Shown one piece after another: positions 13,671-21,996 of a stretch of DNA of 35,867 bases (its first letter is position 1; each line of letters starts with the position of its first letter). Where the stretch lies: the IMG/VR virus record IMGVR_UViG_3300045988_113479, positions 1-35,867 of that record, one strand, 5' to 3'. Below the pieces are notes generated by a model. The model was not told where the DNA came from. It was given only the letters and a program-made list of their open reading frames with translations, and searched no databases. This DNA comes from a virus. Made by a program: the position numbers and the translations under genes.

Positions 13671-15828
13671 GGTCCACCTCCTCGACCTCCAGCTTAACAC
13701 TCCACTTGCCCGACAGCGCCCGGTCAGCGTTGAAGTCTTTGACCGAACAGTAAACGCGGCGGCCCATCGGGTCGCGGTACAGGAACGGCCCCGCCATGTA
13801 GGACAGCTCCTCCAGCCGCTGGATCATCCAGAAGTCCTCATCAAACAGGGTCGCGGACAGGCTCAGGGTCTTCTGGCGGTGTCGTCCGGCCATCTCCACG
13901 GCCTTCTCCCGGCCCGCGAAACGGTACAGCTTGCGGTTGGCGAGGCCCGTCTTGCACGAGTGCAGGGGGTCCCACCGCAGGGGCACGGTGAAGCCGAAGT
14001 TCTGGCCCCCGCCAATCCACATGGCCCACGACTCCAGGACCATCTCCTCCGTCGTGACCGCCGACGACGGCAACGTCGACGTGGCGGTCACGCGGTATGC
14101 CGCCGCCCCATGACTGACCGACTGGTAGTCGAGGAGCTGGCCGGACACGGGCAGGTCCTCGGTGATCGTCGTCCAAGACCTACCGCCGTCGTCGCTGCGC
14201 TCCACCCTGTTGCGCACAGCGGCGGGCTTACCCGCCTCCGGGGCCGGGTTCACCACGCGGACACGCACGCATCCCGCCAGGTCGTCCCACTCCGGATACA
14301 CGCGCGGGGCCGGAGGCTTCTCATAGGCCACGGCAAACGTCTGGTTGGTGATCCTGGACTGCACTCCGTGTGCGTTCGTCGCAACCACGACCACACGGTA
14401 AGTGCGCCCATTCTCCAGGTAGGTGTTCAGGCGGACGCGGGTCAGCGGCCCGCGCACCTCCTGCGTTTCCACAAGGTTGTTGCCGCCCAGGTACAGCTCC
14501 ACGCGGGCGCTCGACTGCGCCGGGCCACCCTGCGACGAGTACGACCACGCCACCTCCACGAACGAGGTCTTGACCGTCTGGGAGGGGGACTGAATCGACA
14601 CGACGGGACGCGGCTCCACGTAGAACGTCGCCCGCCTGGAGACCGGGGACGCATCCGCGTGCAGACCCCAGGTCTTCACCCAATACTCGTAGGTGCCGAC
14701 CTGGAGCACGCCCACCGTCGCCTGCTGCGCGGTGTCGCGGCGGTCGAACGTCGGCCCCGGCGCGCCCGTCGCCTTCTTCTGATACTGAAGGCTGTAACGG
14801 GTCTGCGGGCTGGAGTCGGTCGGATTATGCCGCCAGGTCAGAATCACGGGGTCGTCGGACGGGAAGTACACGCCGTCCGAAGTCGGCTCCGGCGCGTTCG
14901 GACGCGCCAGGAGCTGCACAACGTTGGACGGAGCCGACTTCGGAGACTCCACAGTGCCGCCGACGCAGACGACGCGGTACTGGTGGGCCACGTCCAGGCG
15001 CGGGTTCCGGTGCTTGAAGAACGGCTCATCCGTTTTGAGGGGGAGCCTGACGAGCAACTGGTTGCCGTCGTAAACATCCCACCTGGTCGGAGTATACGGG
15101 GCCTTATTCTCCCACGTGATCAGAATGTCGCCGTCCGCGTTCTTCTCTGCATGGACGTTGATCGGCGCGGGCGGAGTCGTGTAGACCGGCTCCGCCTCCG
15201 CGTAGGCCGAACCTCCCGCGCTGTTCTCCGACTTCACGCGGTATGCGTACTTATGACCAGCGGTCACGTTGAAGGTTGCCAGGGAGACCGCATTTTTGAC
15301 CGGAGCGACAACTTCCCAGTCCGCGGACTCATCCTCCCGCCGCTCGACCACATAGTTGTCGATGGGATTAGCCTCGCCCTGGGGCGGCGCAATCCAGTCA
15401 ACCGTGATCTGGGAGTCGCTGACGCGGGTGGCGCGGGCGACCGTCGGAGCGTTCGGAACATTGACTGGACGTGCAGGCAACGTCAGGTAATTTTCTACCG
15501 CCGGGTTGCCGCCGTTCCAGATCGGCCCCAGGCTCGCGCCAATGCCAATCGTGGTCTCCGCGCCGTACTTCAGCGGGACGTTGAAGCTCCACTGCGACAG
15601 TTGCTTGTAGACCGTCTGGCCGTAGCCAGACGAGAAGCTGAACGACTCGGAGCCTTCGCCCGAGTAGCCCCACCAGCGCCACCTGTTGGTCCAGTTGTGG
15701 CCGTACCCGTCGGAACAGGCGGTCACGGTCGCCGTGACCGTGACCGACCCGCTGGCCGGGTCGCCCGACCAGTCCAAGGCAATGCCAATGAACATGTATC
15801 CGCTAGAAGCGGACCATACGGTAGCCAT
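13663..15828 (-). CDS. large minor tail protein: N-terminal beta-domain, about five FN3-like repeats, C-terminal distal-tail (Dit/Sipho_tail)-like domain
   Basis: FN3-like units (for example PNAPTVARATRVSDSQITVDWIAPP...YAYRVKSENSAGGS). The C-terminal roughly 150 aa (FAGREKAVEMAGRHRQKTLSLSATLFDEDF...) lies in the Dit position directly after the tape measure. Confidence 0.65.
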   Translation of the reverse strand: MATVWSASSGYMFIGIALDWSGDPASGSVTVTATVTACSDGYGHNWTNRWRWWGYSGEGSESFSFSSGYGQTVYKQLSQWSFNVPLKYGAETTIGIGASLGPIWNGGNPAVENYLTLPARPVNVPNAPTVARATRVSDSQITVDWIAPPQGEANPIDNYVVERREDESADWEVVAPVKNAVSLATFNVTAGHKYAYRVKSENSAGGSAYAEAEPVYTTPPAPINVHAEKNADGDILITWENKAPYTPTRWDVYDGNQLLVRLPLKTDEPFFKHRNPRLDVAHQYRVVCVGGTVESPKSAPSNVVQLLARPNAPEPTSDGVYFPSDDPVILTWRHNPTDSSPQTRYSLQYQKKATGAPGPTFDRRDTAQQATVGVLQVGTYEYWVKTWGLHADASPVSRRATFYVEPRPVVSIQSPSQTVKTSFVEVAWSYSSQGGPAQSSARVELYLGGNNLVETQEVRGPLTRVRLNTYLENGRTYRVVVVATNAHGVQSRITNQTFAVAYEKPPAPRVYPEWDDLAGCVRVRVVNPAPEAGKPAAVRNRVERSDDGGRSWTTITEDLPVSGQLLDYQSVSHGAAAYRVTATSTLPSSAVTTEEMVLESWAMWIGGGQNFGFTVPLRWDPLHSCKTGLANRKLYRFAGREKAVEMAGRHRQKTLSLSATLFDEDFWMIQRLEELSYMAGPFLYRDPMGRRVYCSVKDFNADRALSGKWSVKLEVEEVDHE

Positions 15829-15848
15829 ACGCTAACCGTCCCTTCCTG

Positions 15849-18800
15849 TTAGAAGCCTGCGCCGAGGAGATCACGGGCGCGCGTGCGAGAAGCCGGAGCC
15901 AGCGCGTCATTCACCGCGCCCCTGGCCGCGACGCGCATCCGCGCCATGAGCTGGCCGTCCTCGTCCACGACCACCAGCGTATCCGGCCCGCTGGTCGCTG
16001 CGACGCGGTTCTGAAGCGCGTCCCACTGACCAGACGTAAAGACCGGCTCAGGCTTACCCGTCTTGTTCAAGACCGTGGTCAGGCCCGGCTGGAGATAGCC
16101 CCCATTGTCGAACTTGTAGGTGCCCGCCGTGGGGGACCCCCAGATGCCGGTCTCGCGCACGAAAGCGCCGGGCTTAGGTGCCTCCACCATCATGCCGTTA
16201 CCGGACGAAATGGCGACGTGCCTGGCGGGGTTGCCCCAGTACAGGAGCGTGCCGGGGACGTTGACGTTTCCCGCGCTGGAGCCAGCCTGGTAGCCCGCTG
16301 CCGTCAGGCGGGGAATCGAGCTGCCCATCTGGTGGGCGGCCCAGTAGACCAGGCCGGAGCAGTCCAGGCCCGGAGGAATAGAGCTGCCGCCCCACACGTA
16401 GGGCACGCCGATAGCCTTACGGGCGGCGTTGACGATGCCGACCGCGCCCATCGTCTCCGTCTTGCCCTTCAGCCAGTTGGCGAAACCGTCGATCCAGATG
16501 CCAGGGACGGCCCTCATGGAGTCCGAGATCATGCCAGAGCCAGGCAAGTTAGCCATCATGGCGTTGACCGGGGCCTTGATGAAGTTCGCCACCGCGCCAA
16601 TCGGGTCGGCAATGATCTTCCCCATCGTGTCGGCTGCGTCCTTGATCCAGTCCCAGCCGCCCTTCACAGCACCCCAGATACCGCCGTTCGCGTAGGCCGC
16701 GAACTTGACCCCCGTGTCCCCGCCGGGGATGTAGGAGGAGTGCGCCCGGGCGGCGGCGTTCATACGCGCCACGGCCTCGGGACCACCCACCGCGCGCACC
16801 CACTCGGGGCGCATAATGGCCTCGCCGCCGGACAGGGCGAGCGCGCCGCCACCATCCGGGGAGAAGAAGTGATAGATGTCCCGGCCCGGCGTGTATCCGG
16901 GGAGGACACCGCCCGAGGCGTACTCGGCGATAGGCGAGACCGCCGGGAGACGGAAGGACAGGCCGAGCTTCTCGGCCATCGAATCCGCCGTCTTCTTGAT
17001 GCCCGAGGTGTAGACCGTGTTGATGATGAAGTTGATGGGCTTGGCGACCACGGACTTGACCGAGCTCCAGATATTCGCCACGCTGTCCTTCATCGACTGG
17101 AAGGCGCTCTGGATACCGCCCGTCACCGTTGAGATGATGGACTGGAGGGTGCCACTCATCCAGGTTGCCACGGAGTTGATGGAGGACTTGATGCCTTCCC
17201 AGATGGAGGTGATGGCCGTCCAGAGTGCCTGCGCGCCGGACTTGATGCCTTCCCATACGGTCGAGATCACGGGCAGCACGTAGGACTGGAACCAGCCCGT
17301 CACCGTCTGCACCGTCGTCTGGATGCCCGTCCACACGGTCTGAATACCCTGCCACAGGAGGCCCGCGCCCGCCTTGATGCCGTCCCACACGGCGGTAATC
17401 ACCGGGAGGACGTAGGTCTGGAACAAATCGGCGGCGACCTGCACGCACGTCTGGATGTAGTTCCAGTAGGCCTGGATGCCGTCCCACAGGAGGCCCGCCC
17501 CGGCCTTGATGCCGTCCCACACGGCGACGATCACCGGGAGGACGTAGGCCGTGAAGAAGTCCGCCACGGTCTGCACCGCCGTCTGGATGCCCGCCCAGGC
17601 CGCCTGCATGTACTCCCACAGGGTCGCCACCCCGGTCTTGATGCCCTCCCAGGCGGTCTGAATGTAGGGCCACACGTAGGTCACGATGAAGTCGGCAATC
17701 CCCTGGAGGACGGCCTTCCACGCCTCGATGTACAGGGCAATGGCCGTGACGACCACCCAGACGGCGACCTTGATCCCCTCCCACACGGCCTCAAAAACAG
17801 GCAGGAGGTAAGTCTGGAACCAGTCGATGACCGAGCCGACGGCGGACTTGATGCCCGCCCACATGCCGTCGATGAAGTTCCTGAACGTCTCGGACTTGTT
17901 GTAGGCGACGACGAAGGCCGCGACCAGCGCGCCAATAGCGACCACAATCAGACCGATCGGGTTCGCGTCCATAGCCGCGTTCAGCAGCCACTGGGCGGCG
18001 GTGTATGCGCCCGTGGCGACCTTGCCAGCCACCATAGCGCCCTTCTGGGCAACCCAGGCGGCGGTCGTGCGGCCAACCTGCACGCCCTGCTGCACGATGC
18101 TACGCAGGAAGTCCCCCGCGTACATGGCCTTCAGCGCGACGGTCTGCGCGAGGTCTTCGGCCTTGGCGACCTTCGCCGCCGTCCAGGCCGTCACCTGGCC
18201 CCACACCTGAGTCGTCAGCGCGACAAGGCTCATGGTGCCCGTGACCGTCTTCCAGGCGATAAAGCCGCCCACGACGGCCTCCAGGATCACCTTATTCTGC
18301 ACGAGCGCGCCGAAGAATGACCCCAGCACGCCCCAGAACGGGGACGACACCACGCTACCCAGGAAGTTCGCCACGCCAGGGATAACCGTCGTGGACATAA
18401 AGCCCCAGATGTCCATGACGTTATCCCTGACCGATAGGATAAAGTCGATAAGGCCGGAGTCCTCCTGGACCCCGAAGAAGTTCCCGTCGAAGTTGCCGTT
18501 GACCGCGAGGTCAAAGAAGGACTGCACGCCAGGGACGAGGGTACCTGTCACCCAGTTATACAGGTCCAGGCCGGCGTCCTTGATCGTGGTCAGGGCAGTG
18601 ATGACCCCCGAGTCCGACGCGAGGCCGAACAGGTTCCCGTCGTAGGAGCCGGTGGTTACCAGCGTCCAGATCGACTCCAGCGCCGGGAACAGGCTCCCGT
18701 TAATCCAGCCGAAGGCAGCGGATGCGCCCTCGGCCACCACGCCCATGAAGTCGGTCAGGGCGGGCTTGATGCGGTCCACGATCTCCATACCGCCCGTGAC

Positions 18801-19574
18801 GAGCGCCGCCTGGAGGTTGCCCCACGCGCCCTCAATCGTGCTGGTAGAAGTTGCCGCCTCCCGCGCCACGTCGGTGAAACCAAGGTCCAGAATCGCCTGG
18901 TTGAATTCCTGGGCGGTGATCTCGCCCTTCGCCATCGCATCCCGGAAATTCCCCGTGTACGCGCCGTTCTTCTCCAGGGCCTCCTGGAGCTTGCCAGACG
19001 CGCCCGGAATTGCGTCGGCCAATTGGTTCCAGTTCTCAGTGGTCAGTTTTCCCTGCCCAGCCGTCTGGGTCAACACCATACCCACCGACTTGAAGGTATC
19101 CGCATTGCCGCCCGCGACGGCGTTGAGGTTACCCGCCGCCTCGGCAAGCTGGTCGTAGCCCTCAACACCATTCGCGGCGAGCTGCGCCGTGATGTTCTGG
19201 ATATCGGCCAACTCGTAGACCGTGTCGTCCGCGTACTTCTTCGTACTAGCGGTCAGCTTCTCGATCTCATCCGACGCGACACCAGCGAAGGACAGCGTGT
19301 TCTTGAACTTGTCGGTCGCGTCACTAGCCGCCAGCGCCTCCCTGGCGACATCCGCGAAACCCACCACCGCGCCGATGGCACCCATAGCGCCGAGGGCGAG
19401 CGCACCGGCCTTGGCCGCGCTCTTGAAAGCGCCGCCAAGGCCGGACTCGATCTTCTTCTCAGCGGGCCTGGTATCGACGTCGCCCAGCTCCTTGCGGACG
19501 GAATCGTTCAGGCCCTTCAGGGACGGCGCGATCTGAATCCACGCCGTACCCAGGCTAAAGCCGTTTTCCGCCAC
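15849..19574 (-). CDS. tape measure protein (1241 aa) with C-terminal NlpC/P60 peptidase domain
   Basis: GTG start with AGGAG SD. Gly/Ala/Trp-rich helical repeats. NlpC/P60 motif GVPYVWGGSSIPPGLDCSGLVYWAAHQ...HVAISSGNGMMVEAP at about 16098-16445. Confidence 0.9.
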   Translation of the reverse strand: MAENGFSLGTAWIQIAPSLKGLNDSVRKELGDVDTRPAEKKIESGLGGAFKSAAKAGALALGAMGAIGAVVGFADVAREALAASDATDKFKNTLSFAGVASDEIEKLTASTKKYADDTVYELADIQNITAQLAANGVEGYDQLAEAAGNLNAVAGGNADTFKSVGMVLTQTAGQGKLTTENWNQLADAIPGASGKLQEALEKNGAYTGNFRDAMAKGEITAQEFNQAILDLGFTDVAREAATSTSTIEGAWGNLQAALVTGGMEIVDRIKPALTDFMGVVAEGASAAFGWINGSLFPALESIWTLVTTGSYDGNLFGLASDSGVITALTTIKDAGLDLYNWVTGTLVPGVQSFFDLAVNGNFDGNFFGVQEDSGLIDFILSVRDNVMDIWGFMSTTVIPGVANFLGSVVSSPFWGVLGSFFGALVQNKVILEAVVGGFIAWKTVTGTMSLVALTTQVWGQVTAWTAAKVAKAEDLAQTVALKAMYAGDFLRSIVQQGVQVGRTTAAWVAQKGAMVAGKVATGAYTAAQWLLNAAMDANPIGLIVVAIGALVAAFVVAYNKSETFRNFIDGMWAGIKSAVGSVIDWFQTYLLPVFEAVWEGIKVAVWVVVTAIALYIEAWKAVLQGIADFIVTYVWPYIQTAWEGIKTGVATLWEYMQAAWAGIQTAVQTVADFFTAYVLPVIVAVWDGIKAGAGLLWDGIQAYWNYIQTCVQVAADLFQTYVLPVITAVWDGIKAGAGLLWQGIQTVWTGIQTTVQTVTGWFQSYVLPVISTVWEGIKSGAQALWTAITSIWEGIKSSINSVATWMSGTLQSIISTVTGGIQSAFQSMKDSVANIWSSVKSVVAKPINFIINTVYTSGIKKTADSMAEKLGLSFRLPAVSPIAEYASGGVLPGYTPGRDIYHFFSPDGGGALALSGGEAIMRPEWVRAVGGPEAVARMNAAARAHSSYIPGGDTGVKFAAYANGGIWGAVKGGWDWIKDAADTMGKIIADPIGAVANFIKAPVNAMMANLPGSGMISDSMRAVPGIWIDGFANWLKGKTETMGAVGIVNAARKAIGVPYVWGGSSIPPGLDCSGLVYWAAHQMGSSIPRLTAAGYQAGSSAGNVNVPGTLLYWGNPARHVAISSGNGMMVEAPKPGAFVRETGIWGSPTAGTYKFDNGGYLQPGLTTVLNKTGKPEPVFTSGQWDALQNRVAATSGPDTLVVVDEDGQLMARMRVAARGAVNDALAPASRTRARDLLGAGF
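17124..17783 (-). repeat. five tandem 44-aa (132-bp) coding repeats inside the tape measure
   Basis: W(E/D)GIK units start at aa 598, 642, 686, 730 and 774 (for example WDGIKAGAGLLWxGIQ...YVLPVI.AV). DNA-level repeats such as gccttgatgccgtcccacacggc recur 132 bp apart. Confidence 0.8.
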
Positions 19575-19583
19575 GTCAAGCTC

Positions 19584-19970
19584 CTAACTGTGCGCCGCGA
19601 TCCAACGTCGCGCCCGTTCATCACGCCTCTGGGCCTCTGCCTCCGCCCGCTCGAACCAGCCAGGCTCAGGCGGGGCGACAGGCTTGGGCACGTCGCCCTT
19701 CTTGCCACCCAGGGACGTAATGATTATACCCTCCAGACGGTGGTTAGCGGCGAAGGTAGCCGCCACCTCGTCCGTCCAGGCCGCTGCTCCGCCCATGCGT
19801 TTGCGGAGCAGCGACCCGGAGGGCAGGTTGTCGATCAGCACCTTGACACGACGCAGCGACAGGCCGCCGGTGAAAACCTCCGTCAGGTCAAGGTTGTAGG
19901 TCATCTGGAAGTCGGCCTCCAGCACCTCCCAGTGGTCCTCCAGGAAGGTGGCGAGGCCGATCAGTTTCCC
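19584..19970 (-). CDS. tail assembly chaperone, -1 frameshift extension (gpT-like part of the G-T fusion)
   Basis: The -1 frame is open from the slippery GGGAAAC (19970-19964) to stop 19584. It contains the typical RRVKVLIDNLP segment. Confidence 0.7.
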   Translation of the reverse strand, partial: GKLIGLATFLEDHWEVLEADFQMTYNLDLTEVFTGGLSLRRVKVLIDNLPSGSLLRKRMGGAAAWTDEVAATFAANHRLEGIIITSLGGKKGDVPKPVAPPEPGWFERAEAEAQRRDERARRWIAAHS

Positions 19971-20314
19971 TGTCGGAGAGACCGGAAAACCGACTGGACA
20001 AACTCGACCACCTTGGAGTATCGGAGCTTGCCGGACTCCTCACGGAGGGCGGTCAGCGCGGCCTCGCGCTCGCCCTCATCCGGGATAAGTAGCTCCAGCA
20101 TGGGGCGGTAGTCGCCCTGCTCCATTGCCACCATTGCGTCGAAATCATCCACGTCGGTGGGGTCAACGTCGAGGGCAACGCCCATGACCTCGACGTGAAC
20201 GGGCTGGGGCGCGCCAGTGTCGCGCTTGGACTGGGCCTCACGGCGCGCCAGCTCAGCGGCGGACGGTGCCTTACGGGCGGCGGGCTTACGGGCGGTGGTG
20301 GTCTTGGTAGCCAT
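19961..20314 (-). CDS. tail assembly chaperone (gpG-like, 117 aa)
   Basis: Start moved to ATG 20314 (AGGAGAACAG SD). Lies between the major tail and tape measure genes and ends at the slippery site. Confidence 0.75.
   Translation of the reverse strand: MATKTTTARKPAARKAPSAAELARREAQSKRDTGAPQPVHVEVMGVALDVDPTDVDDFDAMVAMEQGDYRPMLELLIPDEGEREAALTALREESGKLRYSKVVEFVQSVFRSLRQGN
19964..19970 (-). other. -1 programmed ribosomal frameshift slippery heptamer G_GGA_AAC
   Basis: On the minus strand, cag GGA AAC tga. The X_XXY_YYZ heptamer ends 1 nt before the gpG stop, and the -1 frame continues GGG AAA CTG ATC... Confidence 0.7.
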
Positions 20315-20376
20315 GATCTGTTCTCCTAAAAATTGGCTATCGGTTAAATTGGCCTGTTCTCCAAAGGGGTGTGATG

Positions 20377-20418
20377 CCCACCCGCGCGCCGGGAGAACAG
20401 ACACGGCGCGCGGGTGGG
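20377..20418 (-). terminator. hairpin (15-bp stem, 12-nt loop) downstream of the major tail protein gene
   Basis: CCCACCCGCGCGCCG 20377-20391 pairs with CGGCGCGCGGGTGGG 20404-20418. No U-tract. The loop carries the complement of the downstream SD. Confidence 0.6.
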
Positions 20419-20428
20419 AGACCAGGGG

Positions 20429-21004
20429 TCAGACGACCTTCAGGCCCTCCTCATCGGTCAGGAGGACGTAGCCGTCCAAGACCTCGAGGTTGTATTCGTA
20501 CACGGTCAGCTCGCCGACCTTGTACGAGATGTCGGAGCGCTCGCCCAGCTCCAGGCGCTTGAAGACATAGCGCCTCTGCTTTCCGGTGGACACGTCGAAA
20601 AGGTCGGCAACGCCGACGAGGCCCTCAACCTTACGGGAGGTCGAAACCTCCATGCGAGTGATCGAGGACGTGCCAGCCGTGACCTTCTCGGTCTTCAGCA
20701 CGCCCAGGTAACGCTTCAGAAGCTCGAGCTTGCTTTCAAGAAGCGAGGCCTTGAACGTCGTGGACGACTCAGACATGTACGTGCGGACAACGCCGTGGCC
20801 CTGATGGCCGCGAACCTTGTCCACCGAGTCGGACATGCCAAGGCCCATGCCGTCCTCGGACAGCCAGCCCACGTCGATCATGCCCGTGGGCATGGGAGTG
20901 GTCAGGTTGGTGATCGTGGACAGGTCGGTATTCGCAGGGCCGAGATAGAGCGTGTCCTTCTCGGAGCCTGCCATGAACGCGAGATCGGCGTTAGTATTAC
21001 TCAC
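20429..21004 (-). CDS. major tail protein
   Basis: 191 aa directly upstream of the G/T chaperone genes. GTGA coupling to the upstream gene. Followed by a strong hairpin, as is typical for highly expressed structural genes. Confidence 0.8.
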   Translation of the reverse strand: MSNTNADLAFMAGSEKDTLYLGPANTDLSTITNLTTPMPTGMIDVGWLSEDGMGLGMSDSVDKVRGHQGHGVVRTYMSESSTTFKASLLESKLELLKRYLGVLKTEKVTAGTSSITRMEVSTSRKVEGLVGVADLFDVSTGKQRRYVFKRLELGERSDISYKVGELTVYEYNLEVLDGYVLLTDEEGLKVV

Positions 21005-21414
21005 GGTGCAACTCCTAATTTTGCGGTGACTTGGTACGTCGCAGTGTAGCGACGCAGATCGGTGTCAGGATCGGGCAGTTCCGCCGGAGCGGGAGACTGC
21101 ACGACCGCCACCGGGCCGTCCGCACTCGGGAGAGCGTGGACAGCATCCCCCACGCGGCGGGCAAGCTCGCCCGCCCACCACGAGGTGGGCGCGTAGGAGT
21201 CGATGGTTATCTGAGCGGTGTAGAGGACGCGATCATGCTGACCGGGGCCTCCCGTCGCCAGAACGAGGACGTAAGGATGGGGGTCGCCCTCGGTGGAGGG
21301 GCGCACGCCGCCCACCGTGGTGCCCGCCAGCTCGCCCTCAAGGCCCCGGACAACGCCGGGCCGGTTCAGGTAGTCGATCACCAGCTTCTGGAGATCGGGG
21401 AGTGGGTGGCTCAT
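21001..21414 (-). CDS. tail terminator / tail completion protein (DUF3168-like position)
   Basis: 137 aa immediately upstream of the major tail protein gene. The call rests on synteny. Confidence 0.6.
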   Translation of the reverse strand: MSHPLPDLQKLVIDYLNRPGVVRGLEGELAGTTVGGVRPSTEGDPHPYVLVLATGGPGQHDRVLYTAQITIDSYAPTSWWAGELARRVGDAVHALPSADGPVAVVQSPAPAELPDPDTDLRRYTATYQVTAKLGVAP

Positions 21415-21416
21415 GA

Positions 21417-21656
21417 TTAGCCCCTTCCTACGGCGCGCTCCAGCACGTGGTCGCGCGCCTGTCGCTTACGGGCCTTGTACGTTTCCGGGAGGACGTATGC
21501 TCGCGCGCGGTCCTTACCGACCCGCACGCCAGACGTGAAGCCTTCCCCGGCGCGCGCGGCCACAGCCGCCGCCTTCTGGGCAAGCAGGGCCTGCACCTCT
21601 GACCCCTTCAGGATGGCCTCCGCCGTCCTCTTATTTGGCTTGAACTTAACGCTCAC
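21417..21656 (-). CDS. head-tail joining protein (small, 79 aa)
   Basis: GTG 21656 with GGAAGGAGG SD. Lies between the head-closure and tail-terminator genes. Confidence 0.55.
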   Translation of the reverse strand: MSVKFKPNKRTAEAILKGSEVQALLAQKAAAVAARAGEGFTSGVRVGKDRARAYVLPETYKARKRQARDHVLERAVGRG

Positions 21657-21996
21657 GCGGGGCCTCCTTCCTGAGTCGCAGATATACCCCCAGGGGGTAC
21701 CCTACCAGGGAGCCGACCGGCTCCCACACGCCACCACGCAGACGCACACGGTCACCAGGCAGGACGGAGGCCGGAGCCTCGTCCCGATTATCCCAGTAGA
21801 TCGTCACGTCCTCACGGGTGCCGTAGTCCTCGCCCGTATCCGGGCGGTTCTCGGACTCCGTGGTGGCGACCAAGACCGGGGCCAGCGCGATCTCCTGAAC
21901 GTCATGCGTCCGGAAAGCGACCCCCAGGGGGTCACGCTTCGGCTCCGACCTGCGCAACAGCGTCGCCGGTTCCTTCCATGCCTCCATGACGCTCAC
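21646..21996 (-). CDS. head closure / head-tail adaptor protein
   Basis: Start taken at GTG 21996 (GTGA overlap with the upstream stop); ATG 21987 is the alternative. About 116 aa, with typical size and position. Confidence 0.6.
   Translation of the reverse strand: MSVMEAWKEPATLLRRSEPKRDPLGVAFRTHDVQEIALAPVLVATTESENRPDTGEDYGTREDVTIYWDNRDEAPASVLPGDRVRLRGGVWEPVGSLVGYPLGVYLRLRKEAPRER

Noticed and set aside
13414-15852. 812-aa plus-strand ORF, the longest alternative ORF in the window
   Set aside because: It lies antisense to the FN3-rich tail gene. Its translation is Arg/Pro/Gly/His-rich low-complexity sequence typical of shadow frames in high-GC DNA. It has no SD, and it breaks the otherwise perfect strand organisation.
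16218-17784. Alternative-frame ORFs within the tape measure region (16218-17132 plus strand; 16549-17784 minus strand, 411 aa)
   Set aside because: They are off-frame or antisense shadows of the repeat-rich tape measure gene, with Gly/Arg/His/Pro-rich repetitive translations that mirror the 132-bp repeats.
21685-21699. TACCCCC-A-GGGGGTA palindrome resembling the one at 28749-28763
   Set aside because: It lies inside a coding region (encoding GYPLGVY), and the similarity is limited to a short C/G-run palindrome. That is insufficient to call a second packaging or recombination site.
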